From a virus: a stretch of DNA of 64,000 nucleotides. Under the pieces are notes generated by a model, which worked only from the letters and a program-made list of their open reading frames with translations, ran no database searches and was not told where the DNA came from. Location of the stretch: positions 1-64,000 of IMG/VR virus record IMGVR_UViG_3300044675_005584; one strand, written 5' to 3'. Both the position numbers and the translations under genes were made by a program. Below, piece after piece: positions 39,933-49,234 of this stretch (the stretch's first letter is position 1; every line of letters begins with the position of its first letter).

Positions 39933-40361
39933 ATGGCATTCATAACCGTAGTTTCCGGTGGCGCACAACCGGTATTCGCAACAGACGTACTCAATGGTAA
40001 TCCAGCACAAACAGCCAACATGGCTAACGCTGCAGTTACCAACTTCCAAGGTCCTAAATTAGACTTTTTTGCTTTGGTAGCTAACACAGCTTTAACTGGC
40101 ACAGTTGGTAATGCAGGTGGATACGTTAGTAACGTTCTACAAGCAATCCAGCAAACAGCTACAGTAGCTATGTATCAAATTAGTGGTGCACAAAATGCAA
40201 CCATCAACTTGGCAGTGTATCCAGTTGCTGCTTACACAACCTCAACTTTGGTTGCTGCTGCTCAAACAGCCAATGCAAGTGGTGGTGTAAACATTGGTAT
40301 TCCAACTGCTAACGTAAGCGCAACTGCAAGCTTCATCACTCAAGGTACATTCTACGTTTAA
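39933..40361 (+). CDS. Probable abundant virion protein (decoration/fibre-like)
   Basis: TAAATA promoter, AAGGAG RBS, biased codons (GCT/GGT/AAC), own terminator. Confidence 0.55.
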   Translation: MAFITVVSGGAQPVFATDVLNGNPAQTANMANAAVTNFQGPKLDFFALVANTALTGTVGNAGGYVSNVLQAIQQTATVAMYQISGAQNATINLAVYPVAAYTTSTLVAAAQTANASGGVNIGIPTANVSATASFITQGTFYV

Positions 40362-40365
40362 TTGA

Positions 40366-40421
40366 GTTGATAGCACGACTTTCGTCGTTGATCAACCCCA
40401 GATTAAAAACCTGGGGTTTTT
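40366..40421 (+). terminator. Tandem hairpin plus Rho-independent terminator
   Basis: GTTGAT..ACGAC-tttc-GTCGT..ATCAAC, then AACCCCAG...CTGGGGTT-TTT. Confidence 0.7.
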
Positions 40422-40461
40422 CTTTGGCATTAAATATACACTCGATGCTACACACTAATCA

Positions 40462-40881
40462 ATGAGATTCTCCTGCACCACTTTGTTTGATATCACTGCC
40501 ACCGGCGTCACTGGACACTTTAAATCGTCGCGAATACCTTTTGAAGATCGTGCTGGCAATACCATACTGGATGTTGCAGATTGGAATAGATCCAGGAACC
40601 AACAACGCAACTGGGAAACAGTAAATCAAATTATTGGCATGCGAACACAGGTCGATTCGACCATGCCGCAACGCCAAGGTTCCAGTTGGAGTTTTGAATT
40701 TGAAACAGAAACTCCTGGAGCATATGGCACTGATACTGATCCTGTGGCAGTATTGTACAGCGATGCAGCGGGTGTTCCCATGCTGACTGATCTGGATAAC
40801 CGTCAAGACTTGGCATCAGTACTGGTAACGTCTGGACCCGAACAAAACATCTGGTTCAGTCCAATCACGGTAAATAAGTGA
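40462..40881 (+). CDS. Hypothetical protein
   Basis: TLFDITATG, RNQQRNWET; late promoter upstream. Confidence 0.6.
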   Translation: MRFSCTTLFDITATGVTGHFKSSRIPFEDRAGNTILDVADWNRSRNQQRNWETVNQIIGMRTQVDSTMPQRQGSSWSFEFETETPGAYGTDTDPVAVLYSDAAGVPMLTDLDNRQDLASVLVTSGPEQNIWFSPITVNK

Positions 40882-40895
40882 ACTAGGAAAAAGCC

Positions 40896-41159
40896 ATGAG
40901 TGGAACCACAGAAATTGAAAAAAAGAGCCTGGAAGCACATGTTGAATTGTGTGCCGAAAGATACAATGCCTTGGAAGACCGCATAGACAATGTGGATAGC
41001 AAAATCTCCAGTCTGGCTACCGTGGTCCGCGAAGTGCATGACATGATACAACACATGGGCAACAAGCAAACAGATCGGTTGATTGCCTGGGGAATTGGTA
41101 TTATTGGTTCATTAGTGGCCACTATTGCCTGGTTGGTAGCACACTACGTTATTAAATGA
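40896..41159 (+). CDS. Small coiled-coil + C-terminal TM protein
   Basis: LEAHVELCAERY coiled coil, then hydrophobic helix. Confidence 0.6.
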   Translation: MSGTTEIEKKSLEAHVELCAERYNALEDRIDNVDSKISSLATVVREVHDMIQHMGNKQTDRLIAWGIGIIGSLVATIAWLVAHYVIK

Positions 41160-41650
41160 ATACAGAACAAGAATTTGACCGGATTTTCCGACAGGAATTC
41201 CGAGGCCTGATGGACCAGATGATTTTCCAAAATGACAATGGTGAATACGAAGCATTTGGCCGTTACGTTATACAACCAGGACCCACAGGATACAGGGTAT
41301 CTTGCGCCGCAACTGATGTGGGTGTGTTTACCAATACTCGTCATGCACTAAGTTGGTGTATAGCCGACAAAAATCAATCATACGCATTGGCACGAGATCT
41401 ATTCAATCTAGATCAAAAATTAGGATATATCACCGACGACATAGCCGTAAGAGCCGCTATTGGCGACCGTAGCACCCGACCGCAGTTCCGTGAAGATATC
41501 GAAATCAAGCTGGAAGGTAAGATAATACTGAAAAAACAACTTGAACTGGCGTTGGCCAAATGTGTCAATCAGGCTAAATATTATCAACAACGAGGATTAG
41601 ACAATGAAACTGCAAGAACTGGCCGCAAGCCCAACAAAACAAGCCGCTAA
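41156..41650 (+). CDS. Hypothetical protein
   Basis: 164-aa ORF coupled to upstream stop. Confidence 0.55.
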   Translation: MNTEQEFDRIFRQEFRGLMDQMIFQNDNGEYEAFGRYVIQPGPTGYRVSCAATDVGVFTNTRHALSWCIADKNQSYALARDLFNLDQKLGYITDDIAVRAAIGDRSTRPQFREDIEIKLEGKIILKKQLELALAKCVNQAKYYQQRGLDNETARTGRKPNKTSR

Positions 41651-42527
41651 GGTATTTGAAAGTTATTTTGGTGGTCGTATACGCCTGAATACCATCAGTC
41701 GTCGACAAACTCGCGATTTGCTTGGCCGTGTACGTGGCCTAGTAAAAGAGCATCGCAAGACTCCAGAATTTCATCAGAGTGAAAAGAATCCCACCTATTT
41801 AAAATTGATCATGCTTGAGCAAGTGTTGACCAAGAAGATGCACGAAGAGATTGCTGGTGGAGCCACAGTGCCCATGGGTCAGCCCACTAACGGAACTCCT
41901 AGCACTACCCCTACTACCAATCCTGCACAAGCCGAACAGGCACGCAAAAAAGCATTGACTGATCAAATTGCAGCCACTACCAAACAGATAGAAGAATTAA
42001 ACAAGCGTAAAACTCAGTTGTCACAGGCCATGAACAATCCTGCAGCCATGGCGGCCATGGAAAATCGCAAGCACAATCGTTTATATCGTCGCCTACAAGA
42101 AAGTGAAATTCAGCAGGCACAGGTAGTATTGGCCGCCCAGGACATGGTTGACCGTGTTCAAAAGATGTTGGAAGATGTGACCAGCATGCAGTTCAAAGAT
42201 TTACCTGCATTAGCTGATCAAGTCAAAAATGAAGTTGGTGTTGAACAGTCTGCACAATTCAACGCTGATGCCACTGCCGCATTGGGTGGGCTGGTACAAA
42301 ATTTACAGGCCAGCAAACAACAACTAGAACAGGCTCTTGGTGTAGTAACTGGCCAAGGCAGTGGTGCCCCTCCAGCCATGGATGCACTGGCTGGCGCAGA
42401 ATTACCAGACGATGGTCAAATGCCTGCTCCAGATTCTGACAATGACACAGCTGATCTTGAGGCCGATCTTGACATTGATGCCAACCTAGAAACACCCCCA
42501 GCAGCGTTGGGTCGTGGTCGTAGATAA
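41604..42527 (+). CDS. Putative scaffold/core protein
   Basis: MKLQEL start, coiled coils, acidic tail ending LGRGRR. Confidence 0.55.
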   Translation: MKLQELAASPTKQAAKVFESYFGGRIRLNTISRRQTRDLLGRVRGLVKEHRKTPEFHQSEKNPTYLKLIMLEQVLTKKMHEEIAGGATVPMGQPTNGTPSTTPTTNPAQAEQARKKALTDQIAATTKQIEELNKRKTQLSQAMNNPAAMAAMENRKHNRLYRRLQESEIQQAQVVLAAQDMVDRVQKMLEDVTSMQFKDLPALADQVKNEVGVEQSAQFNADATAALGGLVQNLQASKQQLEQALGVVTGQGSGAPPAMDALAGAELPDDGQMPAPDSDNDTADLEADLDIDANLETPPAALGRGRR

Positions 42528-42871
42528 TGCGTTTCCGTGAAATTTGTGAGTCTGCTGATGCCAGCACACAAAAATTATTGGCCTTGAGTCAATTTTTATC
42601 TGGTCGGGCCGATGATGAAAATGCTCGAAAAGAAATCAGCACAGAAGCATTTATGCAAGCGGCAAACAGTCTTGGCATTGAAGTAAATCCACAAAACTTG
42701 CCTGAATATATTGCCAAAAACCCGCTCAAAGATATTCTTGAACCGTTTGATCCAAACAGTGGTGTGATCAGATTCCGTGGCAATACCAACGGTGACACAG
42801 GCATGCCAGTTGATCAAGCCAGAGCTATTGTAGACAAAAACGCCAAAGCAGCCTTGAACCGCCGCACCTAA
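42527..42871 (+). CDS. Hypothetical protein with CTS-like start
   Basis: MRFREICES. Confidence 0.6.
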   Translation: MRFREICESADASTQKLLALSQFLSGRADDENARKEISTEAFMQAANSLGIEVNPQNLPEYIAKNPLKDILEPFDPNSGVIRFRGNTNGDTGMPVDQARAIVDKNAKAALNRRT

Positions 42872-42930
42872 TCCATTGACTTTGTGTCATAAGTATCATA
42901 TACTTGTAAAAAATACTATAGGAAACTGAC

Positions 42931-43305
42931 ATGGCATATTCTGAAGCAGTGATTAGACATTATGAAAATCCGTCTAATGTAGGCAAAATGGACTCGTCTG
43001 ATATTGATGTAGGCACAGGGCTTGTAGGAGCTCCAGCATGCGGAGACGTGTTGCGTTTACAGATCAAAGTAGAAGATGGGATTATCACAGATGCAAAGTT
43101 TAAAACGTATGGCTGTGGTTCGGCGATTGCGTCGAGTTCGCTTATCACCGAGTGGGTTAAAGGCAAAACTCTGGATCAAGCAGGAGAAATCAAGAACAGT
43201 CAGATCGCCCAGGAACTTGCGCTACCACCTGTCAAGATCCATTGTAGCATCCTTGCGGAAGATGCCATAAAAGCTGCCATAGCAGATTACAGAGAAAAGC
43301 ATTGA
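42931..43305 (+). CDS. iscU: Fe-S cluster scaffold IscU
   Basis: HYENPSNVG, GAPACGDV, FKTYGCGSAIASSS, LPPVKIHCS. Confidence 0.95.
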   Translation: MAYSEAVIRHYENPSNVGKMDSSDIDVGTGLVGAPACGDVLRLQIKVEDGIITDAKFKTYGCGSAIASSSLITEWVKGKTLDQAGEIKNSQIAQELALPPVKIHCSILAEDAIKAAIADYREKH

Positions 43306-43622
43306 TCCACGTCACACCCAAAGCCGCAGGTAAAATTGCTACCAGCCTTGACCGTAGAGGCCACGGCATTGGTATAAGACTTGGAGTAAGAACTACCGGT
43401 TGCTCGGGCTTGGCCTATGTGTTAGAATACGTAGACGGCACAGCAGAATCTGATATTGTATTTGAATCAGAAGGTTTTAAAATTGTAGTAGATCCCAAAG
43501 ACTTTCCTATCCTGGATGAACTGCTGGTAGACTATGTTCGTGCAGGCCTTAATGAAGGCTTTGAATTTGTCAATCCTCAAGAAAAAGATCGTTGCGGTTG
43601 CGGCGAATCATTCAGAATATAA
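43302..43622 (+). CDS. iscA: A-type Fe-S carrier IscA
   Basis: TTGCSGLAY, NPQEKDRCGCGESF. Confidence 0.93.
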   Translation: MIHVTPKAAGKIATSLDRRGHGIGIRLGVRTTGCSGLAYVLEYVDGTAESDIVFESEGFKIVVDPKDFPILDELLVDYVRAGLNEGFEFVNPQEKDRCGCGESFRI

Positions 43623-43625
43623 AAC

Positions 43626-44345
43626 GTGTTTAATCCAAAATTTGATTACAAACCCATACCCAGGGAAACAGTAGACGGCCGTAGACTGTACGCCACACCA
43701 GATGGCAAAAAATTGCCCAGCGTGACCACAATACTAGAAGCTACCAAGCCTGAAGAAAAAAAGCAGGCTCTGCAAAACTGGCGTAACCGTGTGGGACATG
43801 CGCAGGCACAGGCCATCACCACAGAAGCAGCCAATCGTGGAACCAGAATGCACAAGTATCTGGAAGACTATACCAAGACCGGGCAGATTGCCGAAGCCGG
43901 TAGTAATCCTTACAGCCGACAAAGTCATGTCATGGCACAGACCGTGATTGATCATGGACTGTGTAATGTTACAGAATTTTGGGGCTATGAAGTTCCCTTG
44001 TATTTTCCAGGAATCTATGCAGGAACCACAGATGCCGCTGGGGTGCATCTCAATGAACAAAGCATCTTGGACTACAAACAGACCAACAAGCCCAAACGGC
44101 GCGACTGGATCGATGATTATTTCCTACAGTTATGCGCTTACGCCGAAGCACACAATGAAGTACATGGTACCACAATCCAAAAAGGTGTGGTTTTGATGTG
44201 CGTCAAACCTGAAATGGACGATTCCGGCAACATTGTTGGACAGCCTGAATATCAAGAATTTGTAATATCCGGTGCAGAATTTGAACAGTATCGCCAACAA
44301 TGGTGGCAACGTGTAGAGCAGTATTATCTGCTAAATACACCATAG
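43626..44345 (+). CDS. PD-(D/E)xK exonuclease (Cas4/MGME1-like)
   Basis: LPSVTTIL, RGTRMH, AGTTD, LDYKQ, YFLQLCAYA. Confidence 0.85.
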   Translation: MFNPKFDYKPIPRETVDGRRLYATPDGKKLPSVTTILEATKPEEKKQALQNWRNRVGHAQAQAITTEAANRGTRMHKYLEDYTKTGQIAEAGSNPYSRQSHVMAQTVIDHGLCNVTEFWGYEVPLYFPGIYAGTTDAAGVHLNEQSILDYKQTNKPKRRDWIDDYFLQLCAYAEAHNEVHGTTIQKGVVLMCVKPEMDDSGNIVGQPEYQEFVISGAEFEQYRQQWWQRVEQYYLLNTP

Positions 44346-44361
44346 ACACAAAGGACAACAA

Positions 44362-44856
44362 ATGGCTATTGTACAGATCAGTCAGATCACCAATCGTAAA
44401 GGACTACAATCAAATCTACCGCAACTGGCCGGTGCAGAATTTGGCTGGAGCACAGACACACGTCAACTATACATAGGAAACGGCACACTGCAAGATGGTG
44501 CGCCTGTTATTGGTAATACTGAGATACTGACTGAATTTAGTGTAATTCCCGCGCCTGTGCCAGAAACTGTGACACTTATAGCAAACACTGTGTCCAGCAC
44601 TACAGCTTTCTCTTTGGTGGCCAATGCTGTGGTATTTTCATACACTATCATCCGTGATACTGCTTATCGTGCAGGCACCATTACCATAGCGGCGGATGGT
44701 GCAGGTGTTTTGGCCTACAATGATGCCAACGTGCAAAACGCCACAACCGGCATTGTGTTAAGTGCCGTTACTTCTGGTTCCTTGATTGAAGTACGATATA
44801 CCAGCACTGCTGGATCAACTGCTCAATTGAGCTACATTGTAACAATTTCGGCCTGA
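44362..44856 (+). CDS. Tail fibre/baseplate-associated protein (Mtd N-terminal-like)
   Basis: RKG...LPQLAGAEFGWSTDTRQLYIGNG. Confidence 0.6.
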   Translation: MAIVQISQITNRKGLQSNLPQLAGAEFGWSTDTRQLYIGNGTLQDGAPVIGNTEILTEFSVIPAPVPETVTLIANTVSSTTAFSLVANAVVFSYTIIRDTAYRAGTITIAADGAGVLAYNDANVQNATTGIVLSAVTSGSLIEVRYTSTAGSTAQLSYIVTISA

Positions 44857-45281
44857 TGTGGGCCAAGACCTTTGCTGGCCGGCTGGAAAGCTGGTACAGC
44901 ATGCGGCAACAGTGCCACAATTTACCGGTTGAATCAGTATTGTTACTCATCAACTCTTGGTGGTCCACAACCCCCTGGCAACCCTATTACCTTGACTGGC
45001 TTGATCTGGCAACATGGCCAGATCCCTGGCAACTTTTGAACGACAATGTCTACTGCGATCTTGCAAGAGCACTGGGAATCCTGTATACTATAAGTTTGCT
45101 GGACCGTGCAGATTTGACGGATGCAACCTTGGTTTTGTCACAAGATGGACATAATTTAGTCATGGTCGACAAATCAAAATATATACTTAATTGGAACCCC
45201 GATACTGTTGTAAATACCAGCCAGACAATAGAAATACATCGGCAGTTATCACAAAGCCAAATAAAACAGCAGTACAATTAA
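44856..45281 (+). CDS. Hypothetical, possible transglutaminase-like Cys protease fold
   Basis: WPDPWQLL..N.YCDLARALG...HNLV...YILN. Confidence 0.45.
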   Translation: MWAKTFAGRLESWYSMRQQCHNLPVESVLLLINSWWSTTPWQPYYLDWLDLATWPDPWQLLNDNVYCDLARALGILYTISLLDRADLTDATLVLSQDGHNLVMVDKSKYILNWNPDTVVNTSQTIEIHRQLSQSQIKQQYN

Positions 45282-45295
45282 AAACGAAGGTAGCA

Positions 45296-47617
45296 ATGAC
45301 CCAAATTACAGTAGTCAAAAGAAGTGGCCAAAGAGAGTCACTGGATCTAGAAAAATGGCAGGCACAAATAGCCAAGGTCTGTAGCGGTACAGCTGATGTC
45401 AGTCAGAGCATGATCGAGATCAAGAGCCAGTTGCATTTTTATGATGGTATCACCACAAAAGAAATTGACGGTATCACATTAAGATCTTGCGTGGATCTTA
45501 TTGATGTAGAAACCAATCCCGAAGTGGGCCACACCAACTATCAGTATGTGGCCGGTAAGCAGAGACTCAGCATGTTGAGAAAAGACGTTTATGGATCATA
45601 TGATCCTCCCCACCTGTATGAAATTGTCAAACGCAATGTGGCCACTGGCCTGTACACACCCGAGTTGTTGGAATGGTACACGGAAGATGATTGGAATCGC
45701 ATGGAAGACATCATTGATCATGACCGTGACGAATTGTATTCGTATGCAGCCATCGAACAGTTGATTGAAAAGTATCTGGTCAAGAACAGAGCCACAAAAG
45801 AAATTTATGAAACACCACAGGTCAGGTACATAATCGCGGCTGCCACAGTGTTCCATCGAGAAGAACCCAACAACGCAAGAATGCGTTATATCAAAGAATA
45901 TTATAACTGTGCCAGTGATGGACTATTCACTCTTGCCACACCTGTGTTGGCTGGTCTTGGTACTCCTACCAAACAGTTTAGTAGTTGTGTGCTTATTCGA
46001 TCAGATGATGACCTAGACAGTATCTTTGCTTCAGGTGAGATGATGGCCAAGTATGCCAGCAAGCGAGCTGGTATTGGATTGGAGATTGGTCGACTGAGAC
46101 CACTAGGCAGTCCCATCCGTGGTGGAGAAATCATGCATACTGGTATGATTCCATTCTTGAAAAAATGGTTTGGTGATCTAAGAAGTTGCAGTCAAGGAGG
46201 TATTCGTAATGCAAGTGCTACAGTTTTTTATCCTATTTGGCATCATCAGTTTGATGATCTTATTGTGCTCAAGAATAACCAAGGCACAGAAGAAACCCGA
46301 GTCCGTCATATGGATTATGGGGTTGTGCTTAGTGCTTTCTTCTGGAGACGATTCAAGAACAAAGAAAACATAACATTCTTTGATCCAAACGAAGTGCCCG
46401 ATTTGTATGAAGCATTTTACAAAGACACTCCGCGGTTTGAAGAACTGTATGTCAAGTATGAAAAGCGTAAGGATCTACGAACCAAGACCATGGCCGCTGA
46501 AGATGTGTTCAAAGGTGGCATACTTAAAGAACGCACAGACACAGGCCGTATCTATCTTGTGTTCATTGATAACGTACAAAATCAAGGACCGTTTGATCCT
46601 GAGTATCATACCATATACCAAAGTAATCTGTGCTGTGAGATTTTGCTTCCCACCAAGAGTTTCAAAAGATTAGACGATGAATCAGGTCGTATCGCATTGT
46701 GTACTTTAGGATCGATCAACTGGGGAGCATTCCGTAATCCCGAAGACATGCGCCGTGCTTGCCGTATCCTACAGCGCAGCCTATGTAACATCTTAGACTA
46801 CCAAGACTTTTTAAGCATACAAAGCAAATTAAGCAATGATGAAATACAACCTCTGGGCATTGGCATTACCAATCTTGCATATTGGCATGCCAAGCGCAGT
46901 TTGCACTACGGAGAAAAAGATGCCCTAGCTGAAGTCAAGAGCTGGATGGAACATCAGGCATTTTACTTGACAGAAGCCACAGTAGAACTGGCTAAAGAAC
47001 GTGGTGCCTGCCTACACAGTGAGCACACACGCTATGGTAAGGGCGAGTTTCCTTGGGAACGTCGTGCCGCAGCAGTAAATGAATTGACCAGTTTTGAACC
47101 TGAACTGGACTGGGAGACACTACGGACCAACATGAAGCAGTATGGTGTTCGTAATGCTACTCTAATGGCAATAGCACCTGTTGAGTCAAGCTCGGTCGTA
47201 ATCAACAGTACCAATGGTATCGAAATGCCCATGAGCTTGATCACAGTCAAAGAAAGCAAGGCTGGAAGTTTAATACAGGTAGCACCCGAATACAACAAAC
47301 TCAAGAACCGTTATCAACTCATGTGGGAACAACGTGATTGCGATGGCTATCTTAAAACTGCTGCGGTTTTAGCTGCTTATGTCGATCAAAGCATAAGTAC
47401 TAATACATTCTATTCGCCAAAGCATTTTCCAGATCGTAAAATACCATCGACCTTAATTGCTAAGAATTTAATGATGGCACATCGTTGGGGTTTAAAAACC
47501 TTCTACTACTCTCTAATAGATAAGCAAGGTAGTAAATCTGATAAGTCAGACGATGTACCGGCCTTAGAAGCAATAGATTTTGATAATGAAGAGGATTGCC
47601 TGGCTTGTAAATTATGA
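45296..47617 (+). CDS. nrdA: Ribonucleotide reductase class Ia alpha subunit
   Basis: ATP-cone VVKRSG, QFSSCVL, SNLCCEI, APVESSS, KTFYY, C-terminal CLAC; start reassigned to ATG 45296. Confidence 0.96.
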   Translation: MTQITVVKRSGQRESLDLEKWQAQIAKVCSGTADVSQSMIEIKSQLHFYDGITTKEIDGITLRSCVDLIDVETNPEVGHTNYQYVAGKQRLSMLRKDVYGSYDPPHLYEIVKRNVATGLYTPELLEWYTEDDWNRMEDIIDHDRDELYSYAAIEQLIEKYLVKNRATKEIYETPQVRYIIAAATVFHREEPNNARMRYIKEYYNCASDGLFTLATPVLAGLGTPTKQFSSCVLIRSDDDLDSIFASGEMMAKYASKRAGIGLEIGRLRPLGSPIRGGEIMHTGMIPFLKKWFGDLRSCSQGGIRNASATVFYPIWHHQFDDLIVLKNNQGTEETRVRHMDYGVVLSAFFWRRFKNKENITFFDPNEVPDLYEAFYKDTPRFEELYVKYEKRKDLRTKTMAAEDVFKGGILKERTDTGRIYLVFIDNVQNQGPFDPEYHTIYQSNLCCEILLPTKSFKRLDDESGRIALCTLGSINWGAFRNPEDMRRACRILQRSLCNILDYQDFLSIQSKLSNDEIQPLGIGITNLAYWHAKRSLHYGEKDALAEVKSWMEHQAFYLTEATVELAKERGACLHSEHTRYGKGEFPWERRAAAVNELTSFEPELDWETLRTNMKQYGVRNATLMAIAPVESSSVVINSTNGIEMPMSLITVKESKAGSLIQVAPEYNKLKNRYQLMWEQRDCDGYLKTAAVLAAYVDQSISTNTFYSPKHFPDRKIPSTLIAKNLMMAHRWGLKTFYYSLIDKQGSKSDKSDDVPALEAIDFDNEEDCLACKL

Positions 47618-48297
47618 ACTATCAAAAGATTTACATTAATTTAATGGACCGTGCCCAAGGTAGGGTCAGTCAAGGCTATGTTGAAAAACATCACATAGTT
47701 CCTCGTTGCCTTGGTGGTACCGACATCAAAGAAAATATTGTAAGTCTTTATCCCGAAGAACATTATCTTGCTCACATGTTGTTGTGTAAGTTAAACAAAG
47801 GTAACTCAAGGTTATTGTATGCCGCAATGAATATGACATCGGGTTCAATGATCAACAACGGTAAGAGAAATAACAAAGCCTATGGATGGCTTCGTAGACA
47901 GTATGCCGAATCAATGTCGGGCGATAATAACCCTGCTCGTCGCATCCCTAATTTACAAAAAGAAGCCGCCAAGAAACGAGTAGGACAAAAGAGATCAGAA
48001 GAAACCAAAGTGAGAATGTCAGCGGCACAAAAAGGTAGAACATTTACAGAAGAAACAAAACGCAACATGGCAGAAGCAGCCAAGAATCGTCCACCTATCA
48101 GCGAAGAAACAAGACAGCGGTTAAAGAAACGGGCTCCAAATAAAGGTATGCTTGGCCAGACAATGTCAGAAGAAACACGAGCTAAAATGTCAGTATCGCA
48201 ACAAGGTAAAAAAATGTCTGAAGAAGCAAAAGCAAAGATGAGAATTGCGGCAAAAATTAGAGAAGAAAATAAACGCAAAATAAAAGAAGAATCATGA
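47614..48297 (+). CDS. Free-standing HNH homing endonuclease with NUMOD3 repeats
   Basis: EKHHIVPRCLGG...EEHYLAHMLL; repeated SEET(K/R)..MS. Confidence 0.88.
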   Translation: MNYQKIYINLMDRAQGRVSQGYVEKHHIVPRCLGGTDIKENIVSLYPEEHYLAHMLLCKLNKGNSRLLYAAMNMTSGSMINNGKRNNKAYGWLRRQYAESMSGDNNPARRIPNLQKEAAKKRVGQKRSEETKVRMSAAQKGRTFTEETKRNMAEAAKNRPPISEETRQRLKKRAPNKGMLGQTMSEETRAKMSVSQQGKKMSEEAKAKMRIAAKIREENKRKIKEES

Positions 48298-48304
48298 GTC
48301 AAGC

Positions 48305-49234
48305 ATGATGAATTTCCTAAACAGGATTGACTGGCACAATCACGATGGTGTTAATCTTGGCATGATCAATGACTTTGTGCGAAATCAATTCTATGACAGG
48401 ATCCTTTCTCGTTATGTTACTGATCAACATTGTACTGACATTGGATTTGGCACAGGGTTGTTGACAATGTTGGCATTAAAACATGGCGCCAAACATGTTC
48501 AAGCATTTGAAAGTGATCTGGATCGATTTCAGTTGGGTTGTGAAATAATCAAGCAACTAGGTTTAAACGATCGAGTTGAACTGTTCAACGAACGATACGA
48601 TCACGACTACCAGCCCAGACCAATCACATTTACAGAAACTGTGAATGGCAATTTATGGTGGGAAGGCTTGTGGAACAGCTTGCCACGCAATAATGAAACT
48701 GTATTTTTGCCAGGCTCGTATTTTTTAGAACTATGGGCCATAGAGGTACCTGAAAGTTTTGCTCGTGGACTTTGTAGGCCTGGTCAAAGCCAGAATTGTT
48801 TTAATCCTGGTGTTGAGGTTGATCAAGCATTTGTATCAGTTGTCAATTCATTGGCAGGAAAAATCAGCTCAGTTGACTTGCCGTTGACGTCTGGTATCAT
48901 GAACTTTGAACGACAGCAAGAAACTGATTGGGGCTGGGTTCCTTATTTACGAGCAGTTCAAACAGGATCAGTTGTTGCCAGTTATTCTGCCAAGCATTGG
49001 AATGAGAACACGGAATCTTTTGTGCTTGATGTACCAACCGACCATTGGAAAAACAGCACAGTATTAATTGTGCCACGCATGGGTATGCAACAAGATACTG
49101 ACAAACTTTACCTGGACACCGGTCATTGGGGACCAGGCGAAGACCCTATTTTACTAGTCAAGCCGCAAGCAAGTCTAGTTGTTGCGCATCATGTGCGCAA
49201 CGGAACAATTACATACTCACTGGATACTAAATGA
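48305..49234 (+). CDS. SAM-dependent methyltransferase, PRMT-like
   Basis: MINDFVRNQFY, DIGFGTGLL, AFE, E-x8-E (ETVNGNLWWE), TGHW. Confidence 0.75.
   Translation: MMNFLNRIDWHNHDGVNLGMINDFVRNQFYDRILSRYVTDQHCTDIGFGTGLLTMLALKHGAKHVQAFESDLDRFQLGCEIIKQLGLNDRVELFNERYDHDYQPRPITFTETVNGNLWWEGLWNSLPRNNETVFLPGSYFLELWAIEVPESFARGLCRPGQSQNCFNPGVEVDQAFVSVVNSLAGKISSVDLPLTSGIMNFERQQETDWGWVPYLRAVQTGSVVASYSAKHWNENTESFVLDVPTDHWKNSTVLIVPRMGMQQDTDKLYLDTGHWGPGEDPILLVKPQASLVVAHHVRNGTITYSLDTK

Noticed and set aside
43626-44345. Cas4 implying a CRISPR-Cas system
   Set aside because: No other cas genes or array, and no Cas4 Fe-S cysteine set; this is a typical phage PD-(D/E)xK exonuclease
45296-48297. Group I intron or intein in nrdA carrying the HNH
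   Set aside because: NrdA is continuous and ends with its C-terminal CxxC; the HNH lies outside, so it is free-standing
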